The notes under the pieces are model-generated. The model searched no databases, was not told where the DNA came from, and saw nothing but the letters and a program-made list of their open reading frames with translations. 64,000 nt of DNA from Eledone cirrhosa (Eukaryota): NCBI GenBank assembly GCA_964016885.1, contig OZ024741.1:216566001-216630000 (forward strand). Reading direction: 5' to 3'. The position numbers and the translations under genes are program-made. The stretch's first letter is position 1. Each line of letters opens with the position of its first letter. Positions 38,621-51,030 of the stretch are shown piece by piece.

Positions 38621-38820
38621 CTGTACAGGGGTAGAGACTTTAGTGGGGGAAGGGGGGATGAACGATGGGAAGAAATAACTTGGGGAGAGGGGAGCAGTGG
38701 AGTGAGGGGTGGGGAGAATTAATTGTCAGACAGACTTTGTTGATGTGTAAATGTTACATCTCGTTGCCGAGACCGGGCGGTGCGGCGTCGTGTAGTAATT
38801 ATGCGACAGTGTGTCGTATA

Positions 38821-38873
<53 letters not shown>

Positions 38874-38889
38874 TATATATATATATATA

Positions 38890-39453
<564 letters not shown>

Positions 39454-39491
39454 CTTAGTCAGAAGGAAAAGGGCAGTGCCCATGACCCTTT

Positions 39492-39646
39492 TCATCATCA
39501 TCATCACCATCATTCTCATCTTCATTTTCATCATCATCATCATCATCATCATCATAATCATCATCCTCATCTTCATCATCATCATTATCATGTTCATCAT
39601 CATCCTCATTTTCATCATCACCATCATCATGATTATCATCATCATG

Positions 39647-39677
<31 letters not shown>

Positions 39678-39717
39678 CCATCACCGTCATCTTTATCATC
39701 ATCATCATCATCATCAT
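39492..39717. repeat. (CAT)n degenerate microsatellite
   Basis: Read directly; source of spurious poly-His/Met/Ile ORFs. Confidence 0.9.
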
Positions 39718-39990
39718 TTTCCCCTAATGGGTGTAGTCAATTACTGGTATGATACTCTAGAGCACAGGTTCTCAACCCATTAGGCCAAACGAAACGCCCC
39801 CGCCCCCCTATCCTATTTTTCCATTTTTCAATATACTACTGATTTTGATATCAGTCGATTACTAAACAATTGATTAACAATATTCCAAAGACACCATTGC
39901 AGGCAGCTGAGAGTATAAATACATTCCTTGAAAGGAAATATATAAATTTCAAAAAAAGGAACATAAATGTTCTTTTTTATGAATAAGGAA

Positions 39991-40263
39991 GGCGCATGGC
40001 TTAGTGGTTAGAGCATTGGGCTTGCAATCGAAAGGTTGTGAGTTCAATTCTCAGACCGGGTGATGTGTTGTTTCCTTGAGCAAGACACTTTATTTCACAT
40101 TGCTCCAGTTTACTCAGCTGTAGAAATGAGATGATAGGACTGGGGTCCCTATCATCAAATTACCTAAGACACTTACAAAGAGATATGCCTTGGAGGAGGC
40201 CAGCTAAACCTGCATAGGTGTGAGCTGTCACACACACACACACATGTATACAAACATATGAAG

Positions 40264-40335
<72 letters not shown>

Positions 40336-40575
40336 ACCGAGCTTAGTCGTTAGAGTATTGGATTCACTGTCGTGAAATTCTGACTTGTATTCTCGAATTA
40401 GGCGATGAGTTATGTCCTTAAATAAGACACTTTATTTCACGTTGCTCCAGTTTACTCAGCTGTAGAAATGAGATGATAGGACAGGGGACCCTATCATTAA
40501 ATCACCCAAGACACTTACAACGAGATATACCTTGGAGGAGGCCAGCTAAACCTGCAAAGGTTTGAGCTGTCACAA
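39991..40575 (+). mobile_element. Two tandem SINE family 2 copies separated by (GT)n
   Basis: TGGCTTAGTGG A-box, GAGTTCAATTC B-box, shared tail ...GGAGGAGGCCAGCTAAACCTGCA. Confidence 0.8.
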
Positions 40576-41369
40576 CAACAAAATACTATCGTTAACACTC
40601 TTCGAGTCAACTCTTCATCTGTACATAATGCCAGAACAGTCCATAATTGTTTGTTTTCACGTGTTCATATAATATGGCGGCGAATTGACAGAGTCGTTAG
40701 AGTGTCGGGTAGAATGTTTTGCAGAATTCGTTTCGGCTCTCTGTTCTCTGAGTTCAAATCCCACCAAGGTCAACTTTGCCTTTCATCATTTCAAGGTCGA
40801 ATAAAAAAAAAAGTACCAGACATATACTGGGATTGATTCTTCCTCTATATCTCTTTCTTACTTCCACTCTTTCACTCTCTATCCTTCTCTTGAGGAAATC
40901 TGCTGTTCAAACCTGGTGATGGGATGGGCTCCGCCAGGTTTTAAAATGCCCTGGAGACGCTGTATATCAATATGGGACCCCTAAGACATCTTCAGGAATT
41001 ATGGGACCTTGCTTGCTTACTTTATATATCATATGACACCACGTACCTCCTCCATATAAATTCTGACTTGCGATGGTATAGTGTTATCCAGGAATCTTAT
41101 GTTGCCATTGACACACATATAAACTATTGCGCGCCCTTGATTTGGTTCCACACCTTGCTACAGCAGCGGTAATTTATTCGGTTCCTCCTTTTGTGTTCTT
41201 GTCTGAACACTAATTCCGAGGTATATGTGTCATCCAGGATGGTGGCGTTGAGGACCGAATCAGATGTCTTCTTTACCTTAGGTATGTTATTGAAACTACA
41301 TCCGCCTCTTTTGTTGCTAAAATGACACAAAGAAAATGTGAAAACCCTTAGTTATTTCTGACAGTTTTT

Positions 41370-41415
<46 letters not shown>

Positions 41416-41443
41416 CTCTCTCTCTCTCCCTCGCTCTCTCTCA

Positions 41444-41587
<144 letters not shown>

Positions 41588-41613
41588 AGTAACACAACAG
41601 TTAGTTCACCATA

Positions 41614-41654
41614 CCGAGAAAAATTGTTTCACCTTATGCGAATCTTCAGCTCGG
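41614..41654 (-). ncRNA. Hammerhead motif within a ~100-bp fold-back (41594-41694)
   Basis: CCGAG-CTGAAGA-TTCGCATAAGGT-GAA-ACAATTTT-T-CTCGG; the opposite arm keeps the palindromic GAAACAATTGTT-CTCGG. Confidence 0.6.
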
Positions 41655-41774
41655 GTGAAACAATTGTTCTCGGTATGGTGAACTAACTGTTGTGTAACCA
41701 CTTCTACCAAACTCGTCCCGTGGACTGAGTGCTCTACCACTACGGATATTACCTTCCAGTGTTCTACTCTCACA

Positions 41775-41897
<123 letters not shown>

Positions 41898-42003
41898 TCT
41901 CTCTCTTCCTCTCTTCACATTCTGAGCTCACCTCAAATCCCGTCAAATTCTACTTTGCCTTTCATTTTTTTTTCATTAGATAAATATATACTTATTTAAA
42001 TAA

Positions 42004-42044
<41 letters not shown>

Positions 42045-42240
42045 GTACTCCTGGAGATGAGGGTTGCACATTTTTTCGGGGGTATGTGTTACCCATATAA
42101 ACTGTCTCCCTCTATTGGGGAAAATCGACTAACTTTTTAAATTCCATTTGTGATAACATTTTACACGTTTTTATTGTATGTAAACTTCCCCCTTTGTATT
42201 TGTCCCCTTCTTTTGTGCCCCTGTGGCTAATAAAGAAACA
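42045..42240 (+). mobile_element. Tx1-like 3' UTR fragment (family B-type)
   Basis: Matches the reverse complement of 158-352 and 18140-18335; (TATC)n on both sides. Confidence 0.85.
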
Positions 42241-42273
42241 TATCTATCTATCTATCTATCTATTTATCTATCT

Positions 42274-42873
42274 CTGTGGAATTATGTCGAACAGCTACTG
42301 ACACGTGTGGGACGCATCCAGTTGTCAGCCGAGTCCATCGTGAGGATCACTTCGCCGCCTTCATTTAAGAATGAAGAGAGGCGGTTTTCCTCTGTTTGGT
42401 GGCTATGGCGAAAGAGGTAATATGGTGGACGAGGTTAAAAGGACTGAGGGCAAACACCTTTCTTCCCGGACAACAACTCATTCCCTTCTTTAAGTACCAC
42501 TTTAGAAGAAAGGGGAGAGTGGAGAGGGAGGTGCTACACTCCAGTAAATTCGCTGAAAGGTGGGTGAATGTGGCGAAAATGGCCCGAGTGAATGGGCCTT
42601 CTCTGTATATAAACTTGTAGGTTGAGGAAGATAAACAGAGGAAAGACGGGAACACCTACAAAACGTGTTCCTGGTGTTGAGAGTTGTTCTATCCACGGGA
42701 TGTAAAACAACCCTGCAGTATTGTTCACCCCTATTGGGGATTTCAATTGTTATTTTATTTTTATAGTTTATTGTTATTTATTAATGTTAAAGTTATATGA
42801 TTTTTATGTAAAACCCCCGCCGTCACGTCTTGTAATGTCATATTTTTGTACGCCCCTAAGGCAAATAAAGAAA
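42274..42873 (+). mobile_element. Tx1-like 3' fragment (ORF2 tail + UTR)
   Basis: LWNYVEQLL...KEVIWWTRLKGL...ARVNGPSLYINL, then UTR and (TATC)n. Confidence 0.88.
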
Positions 42874-42893
42874 GATATCTATTTATCTATCTG

Positions 42894-42934
<41 letters not shown>

Positions 42935-43202
42935 ATATCTAGTAATCTATCTATCTAAATTAGCTAACATAATCTAGCTGTCGTCTGTTCTACAGTGTGG
43001 ATGTCATTCACTTCGCACAGAAGTTTTGTTCAAATTTATTGAGGAAATTTTGTGAGTTCAAACTTAATTTTGATACAATTGTGTAGCTTGACCCTCCGTC
43101 TGAACTGTCAGGCGGTGGGTCAGCTCATCTTTACCCCTCCTAGAGGTGAAAAACCTGTTTTAAAAAAAATTTTGTGTAAAAAATTTCAATCGTCTAACAG
43201 AA

Positions 43203-45107
43203 ATGTTAAACGCAGCGAACGAAAATAGTGGTGGGGGGACAGCGGTAAGAGTTGTAAGCTCGCACGCTTTAGTCCTCCCTTCCTTCCCAACTAACGTCAT
43301 AGAGAAGGAAGGAAAAATGAAAATAAAAACGGACGAATCTGCGGAGAAAAAATTAAATGACGAAAACAACGAAAAAAAATTAAATGACGAAAACAACGAA
43401 AAAAAAAAATTTGAAAAATTGCATGACAATACTAATAACACAAACAAAGACACAACAAACAAAAAAATAACAGTTGAAAATAACATCATATCAGAAAACA
43501 AAGCAGACTACAGGATTTCATTTGCACAGAAAACAAAGAAATCTTTGACTTATATAGCGGAAAACATTTCAGATGTGGTACGAAGGATCACGGACGCAAA
43601 ACAATACATAAGTGAAGGTGAGAATGGTATTTTATTGGTAAAAATGCCTCAAGAATTCACGAAAGACATTGAAAGCCGAACGGTCAAGTTTCGGACCATC
43701 AACAACAGTACAAAAAAACCTGAACAGCCTTCTCAAGCAGATATCAAAACAGTACTCGCAGAAGTACTGAATGAAACAACTTTCATAAGAAAAGACAGAC
43801 TGTATGGAAGCCTAGCAATTATCATGAAGAACGAATCGGCGGCAAAAAAATGTGCTTTGTCACCGATTCGTTCGAAAAATTTCACCTTTTATCCATCTTA
43901 TATGGGAAAAAAAACTCAACGCATATGGCTGGATGCAATGATGCCAGATGTGGACTACTGCTGGCTCATAGCTGGCTTCATCGATCCAGTGAATGACAAC
44001 GTGATTTCCATTGGGAAAACCACAGGCAATGCGTTCAGTGGAACAGGTATAGAGCTGGTAGTACAAATGAAGCCTGAACGCATCGCCCAAATACCCGACA
44101 GAATCCTATTAGAGGACCACGGGTATATAAACATTAGCGTGGAGGGGAGAAGGCCGTCCTGCCATATCTGTGCAGGCAGAGGGCACCTGAAGGCCGCTTG
44201 TCCCCAACTCAACAAAAAGAAAACCCTGCTACCAACACCAGCTCCACCACCACCACCACAACAGATAAACAAACAACAAAACTCAGTCCCACCCAACCCG
44301 TCCCTCAGTAACACCACAACACCACCACAACACAAACAGTCACAACACATTACCCCAAAACAAAATACAGGCCCACCCAACCTCTCACTCAATAAAACAA
44401 CACAACCACCGCAGACACAACACACAACACAGTCTAACATAGTGACATCCATCTCCCCCACAAAGAAAACCAACACGGAAACATTACCAGCAAACATACC
44501 TCTTCCCTCCAACACTGAAGATAACCCAACGAATTCGGAGGAAGAAACGGAGTCCTTCAGACAGATTAAAAGGAAAAAAAGAAAACATGTGCAAAACACA
44601 CAAGGACAAACAACCCCCACCCAAATCGCAACACAATCTAACAAAACAGAAAACACCCCTCCAGCAACAAACAAAACCAAACCTGCCCCTCCCCTCTTCG
44701 AAACACTCACACCATCGGAAAAAAAGACATTACACTATACTTACATCAACAGAAACAATAATAAATTAAATGAACTCATATACAATAATCCTTCGGTACA
44801 AACCGAAGGTGTAAACTTTGTTTCATCAGAAAACCACCCACATTTAAAACTAATAAAAATCCCAATGAACCTCTACCAAAAACTAAAAAAGGATTTTAAG
44901 GAGGACGTAGGACCACCCTCTGTCAAACCCATAAACCGCGTCCTACTAAAAAGCTTTCCCCCTCCCCTTCCCCTCCCCAACACAACTCCAAACACCCCAA
45001 CCCCACCACACACCGACGACCCCACACCACCACAAGACACCCCTTCACCCAACACCCCCGACCCCATGGAAGTCGTGCAACCCGAACCCCGGGAAGCGGA
45101 AAGGTAG
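43203..45107 (+). CDS. Tx1-like ORF1, 634 aa, with CCHC zinc knuckle and Pro/Thr-rich linker
   Basis: Uninterrupted ORF upstream of ORF2; CHICAGRGHLKAAC; homologous pieces in families B and C. Start codon uncertain. Confidence 0.88.
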   Translation: MLNAANENSGGGTAVRVVSSHALVLPSFPTNVIEKEGKMKIKTDESAEKKLNDENNEKKLNDENNEKKKFEKLHDNTNNTNKDTTNKKITVENNIISENKADYRISFAQKTKKSLTYIAENISDVVRRITDAKQYISEGENGILLVKMPQEFTKDIESRTVKFRTINNSTKKPEQPSQADIKTVLAEVLNETTFIRKDRLYGSLAIIMKNESAAKKCALSPIRSKNFTFYPSYMGKKTQRIWLDAMMPDVDYCWLIAGFIDPVNDNVISIGKTTGNAFSGTGIELVVQMKPERIAQIPDRILLEDHGYINISVEGRRPSCHICAGRGHLKAACPQLNKKKTLLPTPAPPPPPQQINKQQNSVPPNPSLSNTTTPPQHKQSQHITPKQNTGPPNLSLNKTTQPPQTQHTTQSNIVTSISPTKKTNTETLPANIPLPSNTEDNPTNSEEETESFRQIKRKKRKHVQNTQGQTTPTQIATQSNKTENTPPATNKTKPAPPLFETLTPSEKKTLHYTYINRNNNKLNELIYNNPSVQTEGVNFVSSENHPHLKLIKIPMNLYQKLKKDFKEDVGPPSVKPINRVLLKSFPPPLPLPNTTPNTPTPPHTDDPTPPQDTPSPNTPDPMEVVQPEPREAER

Positions 45108-45140
45108 GTCTCTACACTCTCCTTTGGCTCTGCCGCCCAC

Positions 45141-48100
45141 ATGGATGTGTTAAGAGTAGGATGTTTGAATGCACGTGGCCTGGGCTCAACTTGGAAGCAA
45201 GCAAAGCTTCTAAATGACCTCAGGTCATGTAGTATAAATGTAATGGTTATCTGTGAGACTCGAATCAGCGTCATGCGGCAGCTGGCCCCCACCTTCGATG
45301 ACTTTGAGGTGCATGCATCTCTCTGTCAACCTGGAGGTGGGGGTGGGGTTGTCGTGCTGCTGCAAAAACACCTGGGTCTTGCCGTACAGGTTGTGCACTC
45401 GGACCCGGAGGGTCGTTTGTTGGTGCTAGACGTTGGCAGTAGTGAAAGTGCGGCCTTGAGACTGGTCGCCGTCTACTCCCCTTTCGTTGCTGAACGGCCC
45501 GACTTCTTCCAGCGTTTGGAGACTTTTCTGGGAACGTCGCATTCCCTGCTTCTAGCGGGGGATTGGAATGACATCCTAGATGCACGTTGGGACTATGCAG
45601 GAGCATGTCCTAATAGAGGGGGGTGTAACAGCCTCAAGGGGTTACTCGACCGTTTTAACTTGGTCGATAGATATCGACTAGATTTTCCAACTGTGCCTAC
45701 CTGGACTTGGAGAAACCACAGTGGTCAATCTAGATCGTACTTAGATAGATTCTTAGTTAGAAGTAAGGATAGGGACATATTAAGCTGTCCAGAAATGCGC
45801 ACGGTTGGCTACACGGATCACAAATTAGTGACCTGCGTGGTCAATCTCGAGAAAACACATAGACAGGGTCCCGGTTACTGGAAACTTAATTTGTCTTTAC
45901 CGGCAAAAGAGACTTACAGAAACCGGATTAGCAGATTAGTTAAGGAGAGGTTGACGGGTGCAATCGTCAACAACCGATGGTGGGCATCTCTCAAAAGAGA
46001 GATTAGAACAGAATCAATAAGTTATAGCAAGATGTTAGCTGCCAATAGGAATAGAAACGAGAAAGAATTAACAGGTAAATTAGAAGAGGCAATCAAGAGC
46101 GAAGATGTGGCCAGAGTGCTGGCATCGAGGACGGCCTTGAACCAGTTTTTCGATGCAAAGCATGAAGGCTGCGTCATTCGATGTAAAATACGTGCTCTAG
46201 GTAATGAGGGGGCCAAAGCCGTTGGATGGGCCCGCGTGACAGAAGCTAAAAGTGGAAATCGATCCACCATCCGGTCGTTGCAAGACGAAGATGGACGAGT
46301 GATCCGGGAGCCTAAGCAGATGTGCGAGGCCTTTCAAAAGCACTTTGCCCGATTGTTCGGGGGAGGCGAGGGTCCGGGCCGGGGCGTGGATTTCGGTCCA
46401 TACCTCGACGGCCTGCCGCGTCTCTCGAGCAAAGAGGCAGAGTCCTGCGAGGGACCAATCTCGGCTGATGAGATCGGAGATGCGCTGAGCCAATGCAGCA
46501 GACGCAAATCTCCAGGTCTCGATGGTATACCTTACGAACTTTATTTAGCAATGCCGGTCTTCTTCTCCGAACTCCTCGAAGCGGTCTAGTGCAATTGGCA
46601 GCAGAACGGGAGAATTCCTTGTTCTGTAGCCAAGGGCGTAGTCACGCTGGTGAGGAAGGACGAGAAAAAGGGGGATAGTATAAATAATTTTCGGCCCATA
46701 ACCCTGCTAAACACAGAGTTAAAGATTTTGGCCAAGGTGTTAGCAAAGAGGTTGGCGCTTGTCGTGGGTGGCCTGGTGGGAGATGCGCAGACATGTGCTA
46801 TCCCATCCAGGTCCATTCACGATAACCTCCACCTCATGCGATACATCATAGAGAGGGTTGGCAACAAACCCGGCTTCGGTGGGGCCCTGATCAACTTGGA
46901 TCAGTCTAAGGCCTTCGATAGGGTCGACCATGGTTACCTGGATGCGGTGCTAGCGGCGGCTGGGTTCGGTCCTGTTTTCAGAGGCTGGATCACTGCCCTA
47001 CATAGCAACCACATCTGTTCTAGGATCAAGGTGAACGGCTACCTTTCGAAGCCGTTCGAAATCACACGATCCATTCGACAGGGGTGCCCTCTCTCCTCCC
47101 TTCTGTACGTATTGACTCTCGAGCCTTTACTGAGGAAGTTGGAGTTGTTGCAGGGTATCCCCCTGGAACCAGGATTGAGCAAAGCAGTGTCGGCCTACGC
47201 CGATGACGTAACAGTAATGGTATCAACCGACTCGGAGATCGAGGCGATCGGTACCTTACTGGAGGAGTACGAAAGGTTGTCAGGAGCGAAACTGAACCGG
47301 GAAAAATCCATCGGGCTGCAACTCGGAACGTGGAGAGGCAAACCGATGCCTCCTGACGGTGTCGTCGGACACTGGACGGAGGGCCCGGTAAAGTTGCTTG
47401 GGGTCTGGTTTGGACCGGACCTCCAGGTGGAAAAGAACTGGAACGAGGTTACGAACAAGGTGTTTGCACTAACCCAGAAATGGGCCAAGTGTAAGCTGTC
47501 CCTAAAAGGCCGGGCGGAGGTGGCGAACATTTACATAGCGTCCGTCACTTACTACCGCCTGACTGTCGTGCCTTGCCCTAAGGAAACACTCACCACCATG
47601 GAACGCATGCTCTTCCAATTTCTTTGGAAGAAGCGTCCTCCTATGGTGAGAAGATCCATCTGCTGCCAACAACCTTCGAAAGGAGGGCTGGGGATGCCGT
47701 GGTTGATGATGCGTAGGCACGCATTAAGGCTACGGCACCTACAGGTATTCCTCACTGGTCAACCGGTGTGGGCTCCGTTCGTGAAACGAGCCTTTCCGAG
47801 ACTCGTCTCACTCACCGAGCTACAGTCCTGGGTCAAGCAAAGATCCGGAAAACTGGGAGACTGGCACACTGAGTGTGCTCAGGCGCTCAGGGCTCTCTGG
47901 CAAGCGGGCCGGACCATCGGTGGAGAATCCACCTCATCATTCTATAGAGGGCTGGTGGCTAGCAGGGGCGATGACACCCTTGGAGAGTCGCTGGACATGG
48001 AAGAAGACGAACTGGCCAGCCTGTTCGGTAGGACTTTCGGCCCAGGACCAATGGACAACTTCCAGAAGTCACTGGCCTGGCAGTGCTACCGAGGGGCTCT

Positions 48101-48578
48101 ACCCGTTCGAGAGAGGCTCTACAGACACGGGCGCCCGGGCAGGGATCCCTCAAAAAAGATTTGCCCTAGATGCGTGCGTCACGAAGAAACCGTAGCGCAC
48201 GCATTGGTGCAATGTCCGGGCGTGGCTGATCTGTGGGGCTACGCCGAACAACTGCTGTCGCGGGTGGCGCCGATTAAATTGACCGCCGAGTCCGTGATGA
48301 CAATCAAACCGCCTCCCCTCTTCACAAAGGAAGCAAAGGCGGTTTTTCTGTGCGTAATAGCCATGTTGAAAGAGGTTGTTTGGTGGACACGATTGAAAGG
48401 TCTGAGGTCAGGCAACTTCCTCTCTGGCCATAGTCTGGTCTACTTCTTCCGATATCACTTCGGAAGAAGGATAAGAATGGAGAGAGAGGTGCTTGGCCAC
48501 GGGCAGTTTTATGAAAGGTGGGTGATAGTGGCGAGAATGGCTCGTGTAAATGGGCCTTCTCTGTATACCATCCTGTAG
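45141..48578 (+). pseudogene. Family A ORF2 with a single nonsense codon (TAC>TAG at 46587-46589)
   Basis: Collinear with the intact 659-4096 ORF, about 20 aa differences by eye, same frame across the stop. Confidence 0.92.
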
Positions 48579-48819
48579 GTAAAGAAGTAAAGGAGAGGGG
48601 AGCACCTTCTCCATGTGCTCCCCGGGCAAAGGATTGCACACTTTTTCGGGGGTGTGTGCAACCCCCATCACGTCCCCTCCCTTTTGAGGTTATTTTCGAT
48701 TATTTTCATGTTACACCCTTTTTACTCGATTATATGTAAACTCCCCCTTTGTATTTGTCCCTTCTTTTTATGCCTTTATGGTAAATAAAGAAATCTATCT
48801 ATCTAAGTTAGCTAAATTT

Positions 48820-49195
48820 TACTATAAAAGAGAGGTGCTTTTTTTGTTGATTTACATTTAATAGAAAAACCCCGTGATAATAGAGGTTCCAATACTCAAG
48901 TTATGGGCTTCCAAAATGTTCACTATAGGGGGTTTAACCCCCATAAGGGTGTCTTAATATCATATCTTGTCATATACCTATGGTTTAAATTTCATATAAA
49001 TCGAAGGGAAAAGGTTTTCAGCGGGGGGTTGTGACCCCAGGAAACACCCCCTCCCCTCCGGGGAACCCTTTGATTAAAATGAAATATAATTATCCAAGTA
49101 CCCTGGGCAATGTAGTTTCAGAATATATCTCCAAAACCATAGGAAGAGTTCGTGAACAAACAAGCAAACAAACAGACTGGAACTACAACTTATAT
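48820..49195 (+). mobile_element. Possible Helentron-associated (DINE-like) non-autonomous element
   Basis: AAATTTCA..AAATCG motif and (ACAA)n microsatellite just before a T/TA-rich end; resemblance only. Confidence 0.3.
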
Positions 49196-49269
49196 ATATA
49201 TATATATATATATATCAAGTAAGAATATTTTCGAAACAGCGAGTGGGTTTGAAATTATTAGAAATGTAA

Positions 49270-49455
49270 GCTATCGCCGTATTTTGACTAAAGAAATTAG
49301 TTAGCCTGATAGTGGAGTTAAGAACCCTCGGAGAAACGGAAAAAGATGAGTATGTACGTCAATACTCATCTTTTTCCATTTCTCCGAGGGTTCTTAACCC
49401 CACTATCAGGCTAAATAATTTCTTTAATTTCTTTAGTCAAAATACGGCGTTAGCT
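49270..49455. repeat. ~80-bp-arm fold-back
   Basis: GCTATCGCCGTATTTTGACTAAAG...GATGAGTAT / ATACTCATC...CTTTAGTCAAAATACGGCGTTAGC. Confidence 0.8.
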
Positions 49456-49715
49456 GAGTTTGAGAAGATCCCGTTAAGGGTGAAAGCAGCGATTCTTTGC
49501 TTAAACTTTAATCTGTTATTTTAATAAATATTTTGCTCTACGGTTCTTATATATTTGATATATATTTATCCTTATCGAGCCCTCTTTGGATTTTAGTCTT
49601 CATATTTATTATTATTACTATATATATATATATATATATATAGAACTTTTACATATATATATATATATATATATATAGAACTTTTACATATATATATATA
49701 TATATATAGAACTTT

Positions 49716-49821
<106 letters not shown>

Positions 49822-49915
49822 GTATTTCCTTCAGAAAGGTAAGGAAAAAAGAGTGTTCTATGTAGGCTACAGAGTTTGTTAGTTATGTAATAAACAACAT
49901 AATGTTGTTTATTAC

Positions 49916-49998
<83 letters not shown>

Positions 49999-50082
49999 AA
50001 AGTTCTATTTAAATTGTTGGGATACAACAAGCAAATATTTTTATAACTGATGTAAAGCACTCAACAAATAATTGGAGTAAAA

Positions 50083-50415
50083 ATACGACATTAACAAATG
50101 GAAACTATATTTATAAAACCATATTTATTTCATTATACATATTTCAAGGACACCAAGTTAAATGATGGTGTGCTTTCATCAGATAAAATATAATATAGAG
50201 CAGTTTTATAAATAAATATTGACATACCCTTAAAGAATGCAACCAACAGTAATGGTTGCATTCTTTAAGGGTATGTCAATATTTATTTATAAAACTGCTC
50301 TATATTATATTTTATCTGATGAAAGCACACCATAATTTAACTTGGTGTCCTTGAAATAGGTATAATGAAATAAATATGGTTTTATAAATATAGTTTCTAT
50401 TTGTTAATATCGTAT
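50083..50415. repeat. ~165-bp-arm fold-back pLTR with a hammerhead-like core in each arm
   Basis: Apex near 50250; CTGATGA-AAGCACACCA...TGGTGTCCTT-GAAA; stem I and cleavage register non-canonical. Confidence 0.8.
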
Positions 50416-50429
50416 ATATATATATATAT

Positions 50430-51030
50430 CGGAAACCCACAGGGTAGACCCTTGGTCACAGTCCTAGCGACTGAACGCAGCATCGGATCCTTAAGGATAA
50501 AGGAAGCACTTGTTATTAAGAACCTCAGACCCCCACTTAACAACCGGGCTGAGAGAAATGAGCTGACATGGCTAACTTAACCATAGTGACCATTCAGACC
50601 CCTTTACGGCCTGCTATTTTCACACACACGCACGTATATGCATACCCATACGCATACACACACACATCTATATTTATACACGCACACATGTTTTTACAAC
50701 CTACCACCTTTCACACCCTTTGATTTCCAGCTTCTACAGCCCACTATCTTTCACACACACACGCACTCACACATACACACACACAGTTACACACACATGT
50801 ATACCCATACGCTTACACACACACATGTTTATACACGCACACATGTTTTACAACCTACCACCTTTCACACCCTATGATTTCCAGCTTCTACAGCCCACTA
50901 TCTTTCACACACACACACACTCACACATATACACACTTACACATATACACACACAGTTACACACACATATATATTTACACACACATATTTTACGGATTTC
51001 ACAATGCTTCAAGCAAACTTTAACACCCTC
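50430..51030 (+). mobile_element. Penelope-like 3' fragment (GIY-YIG tail + low-complexity UTR with ~150-bp tandem duplication)
   Basis: VLATERSIGSLRIKEALVIKNLRPPLN at about 50460-50540. Confidence 0.55.

Larger units (their letters stand above)
42968..48791 (+). mobile_element. Tx1/L1-clade LINE family A, full length (~5.8 kb) with 24-bp target-site duplication
   Basis: AATCTATCTATCTAA(A/G)TTAGCTAA at 42944-42967 and 48792-48815; 5' UTR, ORF1, ORF2, 3' UTR. Confidence 0.92.

Noticed and set aside
39991-40070. tRNA-like sequence with A and B boxes
   Set aside because: Poor cloverleaf pairing, and it continues into a SINE body seen four times; a SINE head, not a tRNA gene.
43955-45292. Antisense ORFs (251 aa and 139 aa) over Tx1 ORF1, and many shadow ORFs over ORF2
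   Set aside because: By-products of the C/A-rich sense strand; no motifs, and shared only between near-identical copies.
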